A DNA stretch of 64,000 bases from the NCBI GenBank assembly GCA_964546275.1, contig CAZJJG010000003.1:2012-66011 (forward strand). The letters run 5' to 3'. Shown here in pieces: positions 52,839-63,149 of this stretch. Position 1 is the stretch's first letter; each line of letters begins with the position of its first letter. The notes under the pieces are model-generated. The model searched no databases. It was given only the letters and a program-made list of their open reading frames with translations, and was not told where the DNA came from. The stretch is from an uncultured Gammaproteobacteria bacterium. GTDB taxonomy: Bacteria > Pseudomonadota > Gammaproteobacteria > Magnimaribacterales > D2472. The position numbers and the translations under genes were made by a program.

Positions 52839-54271
52839 TGACTTGGGAAACAGTTATTGGATTAGAAGTACATGTTCAATTATCAACTAAAACAAAACTT
52901 TTTTCTGGAGCATCTACCACTTTTGGCGCTGAACCTAATACTCATGTAGATTTAATTGATTTAGGTCTTCCAGGAGTGCTTCCGGTAGCAAATAAAGAAG
53001 CTTTTCGTAAAGCTATTCGTTTTGGTTTAGCTACTAATGCAATTATTAATCAAGTGTCTATGTTTGATAGAAAGAATTATTTCTATCCAGATCTTCCTAA
53101 AGGTTATCAAATTACTCAAATGGAAAGACCTATTGTAGGCAAAGGTTCTATTTCAATAAATGTAGATGGTGTCGAAAAAATTATCAATATCACTAGAGCT
53201 CATCTTGAGGAAGATGCCGGAAAATCTATCCATGATCTATTTGATGGAGAAACTGGCGTTGATTTAAATAGAGCTGGAACTCCTTTATTAGAGATCGTTT
53301 CTGAGCCAGAGATATCAAATGCTAAAGAGGCAGTTGCATACTTTAAAGCTATTCATCAGCTAGTTACATTTTTAGATATTTGTGATGGGAATATGTCCCA
53401 AGGATCTATGCGTTGCGATGTAAATGTATCTGTTAAGAAAGTGGGTGATACTGTTCTTGGAACTAGAGCTGAGATTAAGAATATAAATTCATTTAAGTTT
53501 ATTGAAAGAGCCATTCATTTTGAAGTGGCGAGACAGATAAAACTATTAGAAAAAGGTGAAAGTATTGTTCAAGAAACTAGACTGTATGACAGCGTAAAGA
53601 ATGAAACAAGATCTATGCGTTCAAAAGAAGCTGCAAATGATTATAGATATTTTCCTGAACCAGATTTACTTCCAGTAGTTATTTCAGACAATGAACTGGA
53701 AGAAATAAAAAGCACTCTACCCGAACTACCTAAACAAAAAGAGATAAGGTTTATTAATGAGCACAATTTAGAAGAATCTGAGGCAAAGATTCTTGCTTCC
53801 TCTAAAGCGATGGCTAATCTCTTTGAAGATGCATCAGAAAAGACAAAAGATTCTAGCCTTATAGCTAAATGGCTTGTAGGTGATGTGAGTGCTCTATTAA
53901 ATAAAGATAATATAAGTATTGAGGAATCAAAATTATCTTCAATTAATTTTGCAAAACTAATTGAAAGAATTTCAGATAATACAATTTCAGGAAAAATAGC
54001 TAAATCTGTTCTTGAGGAGGTTTGGATTTCAGGAAATGATATTGATGCAATTATTGAAGAGAAAGGTTTAGTGCAAATTCAAGATGAATCAATTTTAGAA
54101 GATATTGCTAAAAAAATTATTGATGCAAATCCTGATCAAGTTAATGCTTATAAGGGTGGAAAAGACAGGTTATTTGGTTTTTTTGTAGGCCAGGTTATGA
54201 AAGAAACTCAAGGCAAAGCTAATCCAAAAAGTGTAAATGATATACTTAAGAGATTTTTAAGTAATAAATAA
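52838..54271 (+). CDS. gatB: Amidotransferase subunit B
   Basis: [49 protein letters not shown]; ATG at 52838. Confidence 0.98.
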   Translation: MTWETVIGLEVHVQLSTKTKLFSGASTTFGAEPNTHVDLIDLGLPGVLPVANKEAFRKAIRFGLATNAIINQVSMFDRKNYFYPDLPKGYQITQMERPIVGKGSISINVDGVEKIINITRAHLEEDAGKSIHDLFDGETGVDLNRAGTPLLEIVSEPEISNAKEAVAYFKAIHQLVTFLDICDGNMSQGSMRCDVNVSVKKVGDTVLGTRAEIKNINSFKFIERAIHFEVARQIKLLEKGESIVQETRLYDSVKNETRSMRSKEAANDYRYFPEPDLLPVVISDNELEEIKSTLPELPKQKEIRFINEHNLEESEAKILASSKAMANLFEDASEKTKDSSLIAKWLVGDVSALLNKDNISIEESKLSSINFAKLIERISDNTISGKIAKSVLEEVWISGNDIDAIIEEKGLVQIQDESILEDIAKKIIDANPDQVNAYKGGKDRLFGFFVGQVMKETQGKANPKSVNDILKRFLSNK

Positions 54272-54718
54272 ACTCAAAGTTTCAGCAACAAAAGCTGGCT
54301 TATCAACTCCTTTAATTTCCATCGTTACTTCATTTTTAGCTAAAAATTGTCCTGGATTTTTTTCAGTTATATCAACACATTTCATTGATATTCTTACTTC
54401 TGAATTAACTGGAACTGGGCTTAAAAATCTTACTTTATCTAAACCATAATTTAGACCCATTTTAGTGCCTTCTAAAATAAGTCCTATTTGTTGTTGATAA
54501 GGGATTCCAGCTACAAGCGATAGTGAAAGAAATCCATGGGCTATAGTAGAACCAAAAATTGGTTCAGCTTGAGCTGGATCGACATGAATAAATTGATGAT
54601 CCATAGTTGCATCTGCAAATTTATCTATTCTTTCTTGATCTATAGTAACCCAGTCTGACTTTCCTAATTCTTTTCCTATAACCGATTGAATCTCTTCAGG
54701 TTTTACAACTTCTAACAT
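54257..54718 (-). CDS. MaoC-family (hot-dog) dehydratase/hydratase
   Basis: [14 protein letters not shown]...[23 protein letters not shown]. Confidence 0.88.
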   Translation of the reverse strand: MLEVVKPEEIQSVIGKELGKSDWVTIDQERIDKFADATMDHQFIHVDPAQAEPIFGSTIAHGFLSLSLVAGIPYQQQIGLILEGTKMGLNYGLDKVRFLSPVPVNSEVRISMKCVDITEKNPGQFLAKNEVTMEIKGVDKPAFVAETLSLFIT

Positions 54719-54719
54719 A

Positions 54720-56336
54720 TTATTTCTCCATATAGTAATTATTATATTCTGCTCTTAATTCAAATTTTTGAAGTTTTCCTGTTGCTCCATGAGGAAGCTC
54801 CTTAAGAAAAATAATTTCATCTGGAAGCCACCATTTTGCTACCTTTGAAGCTAGAAATTCTAAAATGCCTGCTTTTTCAACTGGCTCTCCATCATTTGTC
54901 ACTATAAATAGCATCGGTCTCTCGTCCCACTTAGGGTGAGGTATACCAACAACGCATGCTTCTGCAACTTCAGGATGCCCAAAAGCTGCATTTTCAAGAT
55001 CTATTGAGCTAATCCACTCTCCACCTGATTTGATGACATCTTTTGCTCTATCTTTAATGGTCATATATCCATCTTCATCTAGAACGGATATATCGCCTGT
55101 ATCAAACCATCCATTTTTATCAACTGCATCTTTTTCAGCTTTAAAATATTTTTGAAGAATCCAAGGACCTCTTACCATTAAATGTCCTTGTGACTCTCCG
55201 TCATTAGGAAGATCTGCTCCAGAATCATCTACAACTTTTAACTCTACTCCATATATTGGCCTTCCCTGTTTTAATTGAATAGCATATTTTTCTTTTTTAC
55301 TCATATGCTCCATTTCAGGGGTAGGAATATTTGTTGTACCAAGAGGGCTCATTTCAGTCATGCCCCAGGCTTGAATTACATTTACATCATGAACTTCATC
55401 AAACTCTTGAAGAGTTGAAAGTGAAAGTGCTGAACCGCCTATGATGGTATTTTTCATCGAAGTAAGTATCTTATTATTCTCTCTACAGTATGTAAGTAAT
55501 CCCATCCAAATAGTTGGGACACCAAAGGCCAAGGTTACATCTTCTTTATCAATGAGATCATATAAAGGTTCTCCTTCCATTTGCATTCCTGGCATTACAA
55601 GCTTTAGCCCATGCATAGCTCCAAAGTAAGGAATACCCCAAGCTAAAACATGAAATAATGGAACTACCATTAATATGGTGTCGTCAGGACTAATACTCAT
55701 TGCTGTTAAAGCAGCTTGAGCATGGAGGATATTCGATTTATGAGAATATAGAACTCCCTTAGGATTCCCTGTTGTTCCAGACGTATAACAAAGTCCACAA
55801 GCGGCATTATCATCCATAATTGGCCAGTCATAATTCTCATCACCATCTTTTATGTATTCTTCATAAGAGATTGCATTTTTTAATACTGTTTCAGGCATGT
55901 CAGATTGATCACAGAGGATGATATATTTCTCAACAAGAGGGAGTTGATCTTTTAAGCCTTCCAAAATTGGAACAAAAGGTGCTTCGCAAAAAATAACTTT
56001 ATCTTCTGCATGATTAATAATATAAACAGCTTGCTCAGGATGAAGTCTAAAGTTTAAAGTATGATTAATACCTCCCATTCCAGAAATTCCATAGTACATT
56101 TCCAAATGTCTATATGTATTTAAAGCAAGAGTTGCAAGAACATCGCCCTTCTTATAACCATCTCTTTCAAGAGCTGAAGCAAGTTTTCTAGACCTAATAC
56201 ATACTTCATCATAATTTGTTCTATGAACATCACCAGAAACCATTCTGCTAATAATTTCAGTAGTAGGATGAATCCTTTTGGCATGCTCAATAATACTTGC
56301 CACATTTGGCGTCCATGTCTGCATATCTCCAATCAT
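54720..56336 (-). CDS. Acyl-CoA ligase, AlkK/DmdB-like
   Basis: YTSGTTGNPKG AMP motif, QAWGMTE, WFDTGD, DRAKDVIKSGGEWISS, HPKWDERP, TGKLQK; N-terminus IIEHA...HTLNFRL.PEQ..YIINHAED. Confidence 0.85.
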   Translation of the reverse strand: MIGDMQTWTPNVASIIEHAKRIHPTTEIISRMVSGDVHRTNYDEVCIRSRKLASALERDGYKKGDVLATLALNTYRHLEMYYGISGMGGINHTLNFRLHPEQAVYIINHAEDKVIFCEAPFVPILEGLKDQLPLVEKYIILCDQSDMPETVLKNAISYEEYIKDGDENYDWPIMDDNAACGLCYTSGTTGNPKGVLYSHKSNILHAQAALTAMSISPDDTILMVVPLFHVLAWGIPYFGAMHGLKLVMPGMQMEGEPLYDLIDKEDVTLAFGVPTIWMGLLTYCRENNKILTSMKNTIIGGSALSLSTLQEFDEVHDVNVIQAWGMTEMSPLGTTNIPTPEMEHMSKKEKYAIQLKQGRPIYGVELKVVDDSGADLPNDGESQGHLMVRGPWILQKYFKAEKDAVDKNGWFDTGDISVLDEDGYMTIKDRAKDVIKSGGEWISSIDLENAAFGHPEVAEACVVGIPHPKWDERPMLFIVTNDGEPVEKAGILEFLASKVAKWWLPDEIIFLKELPHGATGKLQKFELRAEYNNYYMEK

Positions 56337-56382
56337 AAAATTACCCCTAAAAAATTGATTGATATAAATTATATAAGCAAGC

Positions 56383-57210
56383 TCATTTAATGCCTATAGT
56401 TATTCTAGGATGAAGTTGATAATCTTTATAAGTTTGTATCTTATTAAACTTATTGAGTTTCATAATTTCTGTAACCTCATCTGATTGATTATATCCATGT
56501 TCAAACATTAATATTCCACCTCCTTTTAGCAAGGGGTATGCTTGAGAAGAAATCTTTTTAAAATCAGAAAGGCCGTTATCTGATGCAATTAAAGCAGACT
56601 GAGGTTCATGCTTAAGATGTTCTAAATGTGGATCAGATAAATCTATATATGGTGGATTAGAAATAATAACATCAAAATTATTTTCATTAATTTCAGATAA
56701 CCAGTCTGATTTTACTAAATTAAAATTGGATACCTTTAGTAAATCTTTATTAATTGTTGCAACATCTATGGCATCTATGGAGCTATCAAGGCCTATTACC
56801 TTTGACTTAGTTATTTCTAAAGCAATAGAAATACCAATACAACCTGAACCTGTTCCAAGATCAATAATCTTGGGCTCTTCTTCGACATTATTTTCAATTA
56901 ATATTTCTATAAGCAGCTCTGTTTCATTTCTTGGAATTAGCACTCTTGGATCTACATAAAAATTTCTTCCATAAAACTCAGCCTCTTTTAAGATGTATTC
57001 AAAAGGAATTTTTTTTAATGAAAGATTTATAAAATTTTCTATTGCGATTACTTCATCAGATGAAATCTTAAGGTCGTCTTTTAAAATAATTGATGATTCT
57101 GAATGCTGGAGAGATTTTTTTAAGAAGAAATTAAAATTTTCAGTTATTCCTGAAAAGCTTGATTCCAGTAATCTAATTTTTTCTTTATATGTATTTAAGG
57201 AAGTTATCAA
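56383..57210 (-). CDS. prmC: Release factor glutamine methyltransferase
   Basis: TTG start; VLIPRNETE, IDLGTGSGCI, ISNPPYI, EHGYNQ. Confidence 0.94.
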   Translation of the reverse strand: MITSLNTYKEKIRLLESSFSGITENFNFFLKKSLQHSESSIILKDDLKISSDEVIAIENFINLSLKKIPFEYILKEAEFYGRNFYVDPRVLIPRNETELLIEILIENNVEEEPKIIDLGTGSGCIGISIALEITKSKVIGLDSSIDAIDVATINKDLLKVSNFNLVKSDWLSEINENNFDVIISNPPYIDLSDPHLEHLKHEPQSALIASDNGLSDFKKISSQAYPLLKGGGILMFEHGYNQSDEVTEIMKLNKFNKIQTYKDYQLHPRITIGIK

Positions 57211-57216
57211 AGATGA

Positions 57217-58302
57217 TCACTCTTCCTCAAGTTGAGATAGCATAGCTAGCTGATTTTCAGATAAGAGAGCATCGCATATGCTTTTAATATCGCCATCCAT
57301 GATTTGATCTAAATTATGTTGGGTAAGCTTTATTCTATGATCTGTCATTCTTCCTTGGGGAAAGTTATAAGTTCTAATTTTCTCACTTCTATCTCCAGTT
57401 CCTACTAAAACTTTTCTTTCACTGGCAATGCTTTCTTGCTGCTCTTCTAGTTCTTGCTGTTTTAATTTTGCTGCTAATAATGACAAGGCTTTTTCTTTAT
57501 TCTTATGTTGTGATCTGCCATCCTGGCATTCTACAACTAAACCGCTTGGGATATGAGTTAGGCGAACAGCGGAATCAGTTTTGTTTACATGCTGGCCCCC
57601 TGCGCCCGATGCTCTATAAGTATCAACTCTTAAATCAGACTTAGAAATCTGAACATCCTGAACCTCTTCTGTCTCAGGAAGAACAGCTACTGTACAAGTA
57701 GAGGTATGAATTCTTCCTTGAGATTCTGTTTCAGGAACTCTTTGCACTCTATGAACTCCTGATTCAAACTTCATAACTTTAAAAACAGCTTTTCCAGTTA
57801 ATTTAGCTACTGCTTCTTTTAAACCACCCTGCTCTGCTGCTCTAGTATTGATAATTTCTAGACCCCAGCCCTCTCTTTCTGCAAGCCTGGTATACATTCT
57901 AAATAAATCGCCTGCAAATATTCCAGCTTCATCACCGCCTGCGCCAGCCCGAATTTCAAGAAAGGCAGAGCCATCATCTGCTGAATCTTTTGGTAAGAGC
58001 ATAAATTTTAAGTCTTTTTCAAAACTTTCAGATTCTTCTTGGGATTCCTGTAATTCAATTTGAGCAAGCTCTTTCATTTCATCGTCTTCTGATTCAAGAA
58101 GTGAAGTTGCTCCTTCATGTCTAACAATTGTTTGATTGTATTGATCAAACTTTTCTACAATTGGCTTTAATTCAGAAAATTCTTTATTTAGCTGAGTATA
58201 CTTATCTATATCTTTTACGGTATTACTATCAACCAGAGCATTTTGAATTTCTTCAAGTCGCTCTTTAAGCCTTTCAAGCTTAATTAACATTGAATCATGC
58301 AT
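57217..58302 (-). CDS. prfA: Peptide chain release factor 1
   Basis: ESGVHRVQRVPETE (PxT), ASGAGGQHVN, RTYNFPQ.R.TDHRI. Confidence 0.98.
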   Translation of the reverse strand: MHDSMLIKLERLKERLEEIQNALVDSNTVKDIDKYTQLNKEFSELKPIVEKFDQYNQTIVRHEGATSLLESEDDEMKELAQIELQESQEESESFEKDLKFMLLPKDSADDGSAFLEIRAGAGGDEAGIFAGDLFRMYTRLAEREGWGLEIINTRAAEQGGLKEAVAKLTGKAVFKVMKFESGVHRVQRVPETESQGRIHTSTCTVAVLPETEEVQDVQISKSDLRVDTYRASGAGGQHVNKTDSAVRLTHIPSGLVVECQDGRSQHKNKEKALSLLAAKLKQQELEEQQESIASERKVLVGTGDRSEKIRTYNFPQGRMTDHRIKLTQHNLDQIMDGDIKSICDALLSENQLAMLSQLEEE

Positions 58303-59530
58303 CTTTTATTAATCCCTTCATGATTTCCTTTATTGCATGATCATCAATAAGTTGAATATCTCTAATGGAATCAGATGCCCCAATTTCTTTTGCTTTTATA
58401 AGAATTAGGTCTGTAATGTTTTCATTATTTACGATTTTAGTTTTAAAAGTGGAGATTTCTTTAGACGACATAGAATTTAACAATTCCCTGAGCTCTTTTC
58501 TAATATTATTTCTTTTGAATTTATTATTAATTTCTTTTTCTGCAACTAAGACTTCATTAACAATCAAATTAGAAGCCTTTTCAGCTTCAGCTAGCCTTTC
58601 TCCAAAATTATCTTTTGTTATTTTCTCGATATCATCAATTGAAAATAAATAAACTTGTTCTAATTCTTTTATCTCAGATTCAATATTCCTTGGAACAGCT
58701 AAATCAATAAAAAGCATAGGTTTATTGTTTCGTATTCTAAGAGCGCTTTCAACTGCTCCTTTTCCAATGATTGGAACAGCTGTAGTTGCAGATGCTATAA
58801 CTATATCAGCGTCTTCTAAAGCCTTGTGCGCATGAGATAAGGGCATGGGTATTACATTAAAAGTATCAGAAATATTGATTACTTTGATGCTTCTATTAAT
58901 TGCATTTATATTTTTTATACCAGATTTATATAAGCTCTCAATAATTAATTTAGCCATTTCACCACCACCGACAATAAGCACATTTTGATTTTCTGGATTT
59001 TCAAAAATTTTTCTAACTAAATTTAGAGCTAATCCACTTACAGAAAGAGGATTAATTCCTATTTTGGTTGAGGACCTAATTTTTTTTGAAATTTCCAATG
59101 TTTTATCAACATATTGTCTAAGTCTGTTTTTAATTATTCCTAGATCATCAGCGGTTCTATATGCGCTTTTGAATTGACCAAATATTTCTTGTTCACCTAC
59201 AACCTGTGAGTCTACACCGCATGCTACTTTACACATGTGAATAAAGGCATCTTCTTTCTTGTAAAAATAGAAATGTGAATCAGGAATATTTTCAACACCT
59301 AATGCATGCTTCACAGCATTAAAAATATCATTGATATAATCATTATCAGCAATAAAATAAAATTCTGTTCTATTGCATGTTGATAACCCAAAAAACGAAT
59401 CTAAAACATTTGGAAATCGATCTTTTAGATAATTTTCTAAAAAAATATGCGTGGACTCATCTATAATAAATCTTTCTCTTTCAGAGACATCTGAGGTTTT
59501 ATGATTAATGCCAAATAGCTGTAAATTCAT
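58295..59530 (-). CDS. hemA: Glutamyl-tRNA reductase
   Basis: FGINHKT, STCNRTE, DSQVVGEQEIFGQ, IDLAVPRNIE. Confidence 0.96.
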   Translation of the reverse strand: MNLQLFGINHKTSDVSERERFIIDESTHIFLENYLKDRFPNVLDSFFGLSTCNRTEFYFIADNDYINDIFNAVKHALGVENIPDSHFYFYKKEDAFIHMCKVACGVDSQVVGEQEIFGQFKSAYRTADDLGIIKNRLRQYVDKTLEISKKIRSSTKIGINPLSVSGLALNLVRKIFENPENQNVLIVGGGEMAKLIIESLYKSGIKNINAINRSIKVINISDTFNVIPMPLSHAHKALEDADIVIASATTAVPIIGKGAVESALRIRNNKPMLFIDLAVPRNIESEIKELEQVYLFSIDDIEKITKDNFGERLAEAEKASNLIVNEVLVAEKEINNKFKRNNIRKELRELLNSMSSKEISTFKTKIVNNENITDLILIKAKEIGASDSIRDIQLIDDHAIKEIMKGLIKDA

Positions 59531-59999
59531 CTTTAAAAGTTTCTCAATAGCTTTTTTGTTATCTGTAGTTTCATGCGCCTCTCTTAACCAGCAGTTTTCC
59601 GGAGAAAAGTATCTTGGTAAATTTACGCTAATTCAAGATAAAAATAATTCCAATTTCAGTGTTGCAATTTTCCCTTCATCTAGCAATGTAATTATACAGG
59701 TTAAAAAACCTTTATTAGGAAATGTTCTGAACATAACATTTGATAAATTTAAGGCTGTATCTATTATTCCTAAGCTAAATGATAACAATACAGCACTCAT
59801 AAATAGCATTAATCCAAAATTATATTTTAATATTATTTCTTCCTGCATAAAAAGTAATAAATCTAAAAAAGACTTCAGTATCATAGAAGATAATAGATTG
59901 AGTGTTAATTGTAGTTATATGAAAAACGGTTCATCAAAAATCATAATTAAAGAAGCAGATAATTTTTATATTAGTGGAGTAATAACTAATTATGAATAG
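59508..59999 (+). CDS. Divergent LolB-like lipoprotein
   Basis: Lipobox VVSC; occupies the lolB position between hemA (divergent) and ispE. Sequence similarity to LolB is weak. Confidence 0.5.
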   Translation: MPNSCKFIFKSFSIAFLLSVVSCASLNQQFSGEKYLGKFTLIQDKNNSNFSVAIFPSSSNVIIQVKKPLLGNVLNITFDKFKAVSIIPKLNDNNTALINSINPKLYFNIISSCIKSNKSKKDFSIIEDNRLSVNCSYMKNGSSKIIIKEADNFYISGVITNYE

Positions 60000-60807
60000 C
60001 GTAAGTCTTAAATCGCCTGCAAAGATAAATCTATATTTAGAAATACTAGATAAAAGATCAGATGGGTTTCATAATCTAAAATCTGCATTCCAACTAATTG
60101 ATCTTTATGATGAAATCCAAATATCTATTAAAGACTCAAAAGAAGTAACAATTTTATGCGAGCCAGCAGTAATTGATTTAAAGGATAATATTATTTTTAA
60201 AGTAATAGAGATGCTTAAAAAGAAATTTAACATTAATAAAGGCGTGCAAATTATATTAAAGAAGAATATACCTATCGGCGCTGGTCTTGGTGGTGGTAGT
60301 TCAAATGCTGCTAGTGTTTTGGTTGCTTTAAACAAATTATGGGAGCTTAATATTTCTGATTTAGAGCTATTACAGATTGGTAAAGATTTAGGGGCAGACG
60401 TTCCATTTTTTATTAATGGAAAAAATGCATTTGTTTCAGGTATTGGAGATAAGTTTGAGCTTAAAAAGTCAGAGAAATCAAAATATGTTCTTATATCTCC
60501 AAATATCAACATCTCAACAGGAGAAATGTTTGAATACTATTCCAACAATAATTCATCTTTAAGCGTGAAAGAGGCTTCCCAGAATTCATTTTTAGAATCA
60601 GTAAAGGCAAAATATCCTGAAATAAATACATTTTATAAAAAAAATATTTCTTCGTTTAATATTTGTTTAACTGGCACTGGTTCAACAATGTTTATTGCAT
60701 ACAAAGACTCAAATGAATTAGAAAAAATATTGCAAATAATACCGATTAATTGGAGATTCTTTTTAACTGAAGCTATACAATATTCACCTTTAGAGGATAT
60801 GAAATAA
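59992..60807 (+). CDS. ispE: CDP-ME kinase
   Basis: PAKINLYL, DGFHNL, KNIPIGAGLGGGSSNAA, GADVPFF, TGTGS. Confidence 0.95.
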   Translation: MNSVSLKSPAKINLYLEILDKRSDGFHNLKSAFQLIDLYDEIQISIKDSKEVTILCEPAVIDLKDNIIFKVIEMLKKKFNINKGVQIILKKNIPIGAGLGGGSSNAASVLVALNKLWELNISDLELLQIGKDLGADVPFFINGKNAFVSGIGDKFELKKSEKSKYVLISPNINISTGEMFEYYSNNNSSLSVKEASQNSFLESVKAKYPEINTFYKKNISSFNICLTGTGSTMFIAYKDSNELEKILQIIPINWRFFLTEAIQYSPLEDMK

Positions 60808-60810
60808 CAT

Positions 60811-60885
60811 TGGGGTGTAGCCAAGCGGTAAGGCAACTGGTTTTGATCCAGTCATGCGGAGGTTCGAATCCTCCCACCCCAACCA
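60811..60885 (+). tRNA. tRNA-Gln(TTG)
   Basis: Cloverleaf TGGGGTG/CACCCCA acceptor stem, ACTGG-TT-TTG-AT-CCAGT anticodon arm, GGTTCGAATCC T-arm, encoded CCA. Confidence 0.97.
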
Positions 60886-60906
60886 ATTTTGATATAATTA
60901 TTTATT

Positions 60907-61869
60907 ATGATTAGTAAACCAAATTTAGATATTTTTACAGGAACAGCAAATGCTGAGCTTGCAAATGATGTTGCAGATATTTTAGGTATGAAAATGTCGT
61001 CTGCTGATATTGGGTATTTTTCCGATGGTGAAATTAAAGTTGAAATTCAAGAAAACGTTAGAGGGCATGATATTTTTATTATTCAGCCTACTTGCGCTCC
61101 TACTAATAAAAATTTAATGGAATTAATGTTGCTTGCAGATGCGCTAAAAAGATCTTCAGCATCAAGAATTACTGCAGTAGTTCCATACTATGGATATGCA
61201 AGGCAAGATAGAAGAGTTAAATCAGCCAGAGTTCCAATTAGTGCAAAAGTAGTTGCTGATATGTTTGGTAGTGTTGGTATTGATAGGGTTTTAACTGTAG
61301 ATCTTCATTCAGAAACAATTCAAGGATTCTTTGATATGCCAGCTGATAATGTATATACAACTGGGCTAATGGTTCAAGATATTAAATCTCAAAGCAAAGT
61401 AAACATGAAAGATATCGTTGTTGTTTCTCCAGATGTAGGTGGAGTTGTTAGATCAAGAGCTCTAGCAAAACAACTTGATGGAGCAGAGCTAGCAATAATT
61501 GATAAAAGAAGAGCTGCTGCAAACGAGTCAGAGGTTATGAATATAATTGGTGATGTTGAAGGAAAGCTGTGCATTGTTCCTGATGATATTATTGATACCG
61601 CTGGAACACTTTGTAATGCGGTTGAGGCTTTAAAACAAGCAGGTGCTTCTGGAGTTAAGGCCTATATAACTCATCCAGTGTTATCAGGTCCTGCAATTGA
61701 AAGAATTTCTAATTCTTCTATTGATGAATTAGTTGTAACTAATTCCATTCCTTTGTCCCAAGAAGGTAAAAAATGCAGTAAAATACGCGTCATTTCGCTG
61801 GCTCCAACAATTGCTGAATGTATTAGAAGGTTGAGTAATGAAGAGTCGCTAAGCGCAATGTTTACATAG
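60907..61869 (+). CDS. prs: Ribose-phosphate pyrophosphokinase
   Basis: [40 protein letters not shown]. Confidence 0.98.
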   Translation: MISKPNLDIFTGTANAELANDVADILGMKMSSADIGYFSDGEIKVEIQENVRGHDIFIIQPTCAPTNKNLMELMLLADALKRSSASRITAVVPYYGYARQDRRVKSARVPISAKVVADMFGSVGIDRVLTVDLHSETIQGFFDMPADNVYTTGLMVQDIKSQSKVNMKDIVVVSPDVGGVVRSRALAKQLDGAELAIIDKRRAAANESEVMNIIGDVEGKLCIVPDDIIDTAGTLCNAVEALKQAGASGVKAYITHPVLSGPAIERISNSSIDELVVTNSIPLSQEGKKCSKIRVISLAPTIAECIRRLSNEESLSAMFT

Positions 61870-61882
61870 ATAAGAGGCAAAT

Positions 61883-62575
61883 ATGACACAAGAAATAATT
61901 TTAAATGCAGATTCTAGAGAAAGAAGTGGTTCAAATAAAGCTAGAGTTATAAGAAAAATTGATGGAATGATTCCAGCTGTAATCTATGGAAATAACATTC
62001 CTGGAGAAAATATTAAATTACCTCTTAATGAACTAACAAAAGCCTCAGAGAATTCACTATTTTATACTCAGGTATTGATTATAAAAATTGGGGAAAAAGA
62101 AGAAAAAGTAGTACTTAAAGAACTGCAAAGAGATCCTGCAAAAGGAAAATTTTTACATGCAGATTTTTTAAGAGTATCAAGTAAAACTAAGCTAAAAGTT
62201 ACTATTCCAATTATTTTTATAAATGAAGATGAGTGTATTGGTGTAAAAATGGAAGGTGGGGTTCTAATTAAAGCGCTTCGTGAAATTGAAGTTCTTTGTT
62301 TAGCTGGAAATATTCCTGAAACTATTGATGTTGACGTCACTAATGTTCCTCTTGGAGAAGCTATTAGAGTTACTGAGTTAGACTTACCTGAAGGATCTGA
62401 AATTGTTGGTCTAGAGGATGGACAAGATCAAATGGTAGTTTCCGTTAATGCTCCTAAAGCTGCTGAAGAAGAGCCTGTTGAAGATGAAGGTGTTGAGGGT
62501 GAAGAAGGCACTGACGGTGAACCAACTCAAGGTGATGAATCCTCTGATGATGCAGAAGGGTCTGAAGAAAGCTAA
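61883..62575 (+). CDS. rplY: 50S ribosomal protein L25/Ctc
   Basis: IPAVIYG, LKELQRDP...HADF, Ctc C-domain, acidic tail. Confidence 0.95.
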   Translation: MTQEIILNADSRERSGSNKARVIRKIDGMIPAVIYGNNIPGENIKLPLNELTKASENSLFYTQVLIIKIGEKEEKVVLKELQRDPAKGKFLHADFLRVSSKTKLKVTIPIIFINEDECIGVKMEGGVLIKALREIEVLCLAGNIPETIDVDVTNVPLGEAIRVTELDLPEGSEIVGLEDGQDQMVVSVNAPKAAEEEPVEDEGVEGEEGTDGEPTQGDESSDDAEGSEES

Positions 62576-62578
62576 AAA

Positions 62579-63145
62579 GTGTCTAAGTTATGTTTTCTTG
62601 GTATTGGCAACCCCGGTACTAGATACGAAGGTACAAGGCATAATATTGGCAAAGACTGGTTAATAAAACTTTCTAGTGATTTTGGTTGTGAGTTTATATC
62701 TAAGGATAAACTTGAAGCAAACACATCTTTCTCTCATAACGATAATATCCAGTGGATAATTCCGAATAACTTTGTAAATAATAGCGGACAGACTGTTCAA
62801 AAAGTAATGCGTTATTCTAATGTATCAAGTGAAGATCTAGTCGTATTTTATGATGACTTAGATTTAAACCCCGGAGAAGTTAAGATTAAGCTAGGCGGTG
62901 GTCATGGAGGCCATAACGGACTAAAGGATATATTTGAAAAAATAGGTACTAGAAATTTCTATAGAGTTAGAATTGGAATTGGGCATCCTGGTGATAAAAA
63001 TAAAGTAACTGACTGGGTGCTAGGTAAATCTAATCCTAAAGATACATCATTAATAGAAGAAAGTTTTTTTGATTTTTGTAAGGTATTTAATCTTCTTTGC
63101 GAACGAAAATTTTCTGAAGCTCAGCTTCAACTTCATTCAGAGTAA
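62579..63145 (+). CDS. pth: Peptidyl-tRNA hydrolase
   Basis: GTG start; GIGNPG..Y..TRHNIG, YDDLDL, GGHGGHNGL, RVRIGIGHPG. Confidence 0.96.
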   Translation: MSKLCFLGIGNPGTRYEGTRHNIGKDWLIKLSSDFGCEFISKDKLEANTSFSHNDNIQWIIPNNFVNNSGQTVQKVMRYSNVSSEDLVVFYDDLDLNPGEVKIKLGGGHGGHNGLKDIFEKIGTRNFYRVRIGIGHPGDKNKVTDWVLGKSNPKDTSLIEESFFDFCKVFNLLCERKFSEAQLQLHSE

Positions 63146-63149
63146 TATT

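Noticed and set aside
62440-62575. Low-complexity acidic tail of L25
   Set aside because: A common feature of Ctc-type L25 proteins.
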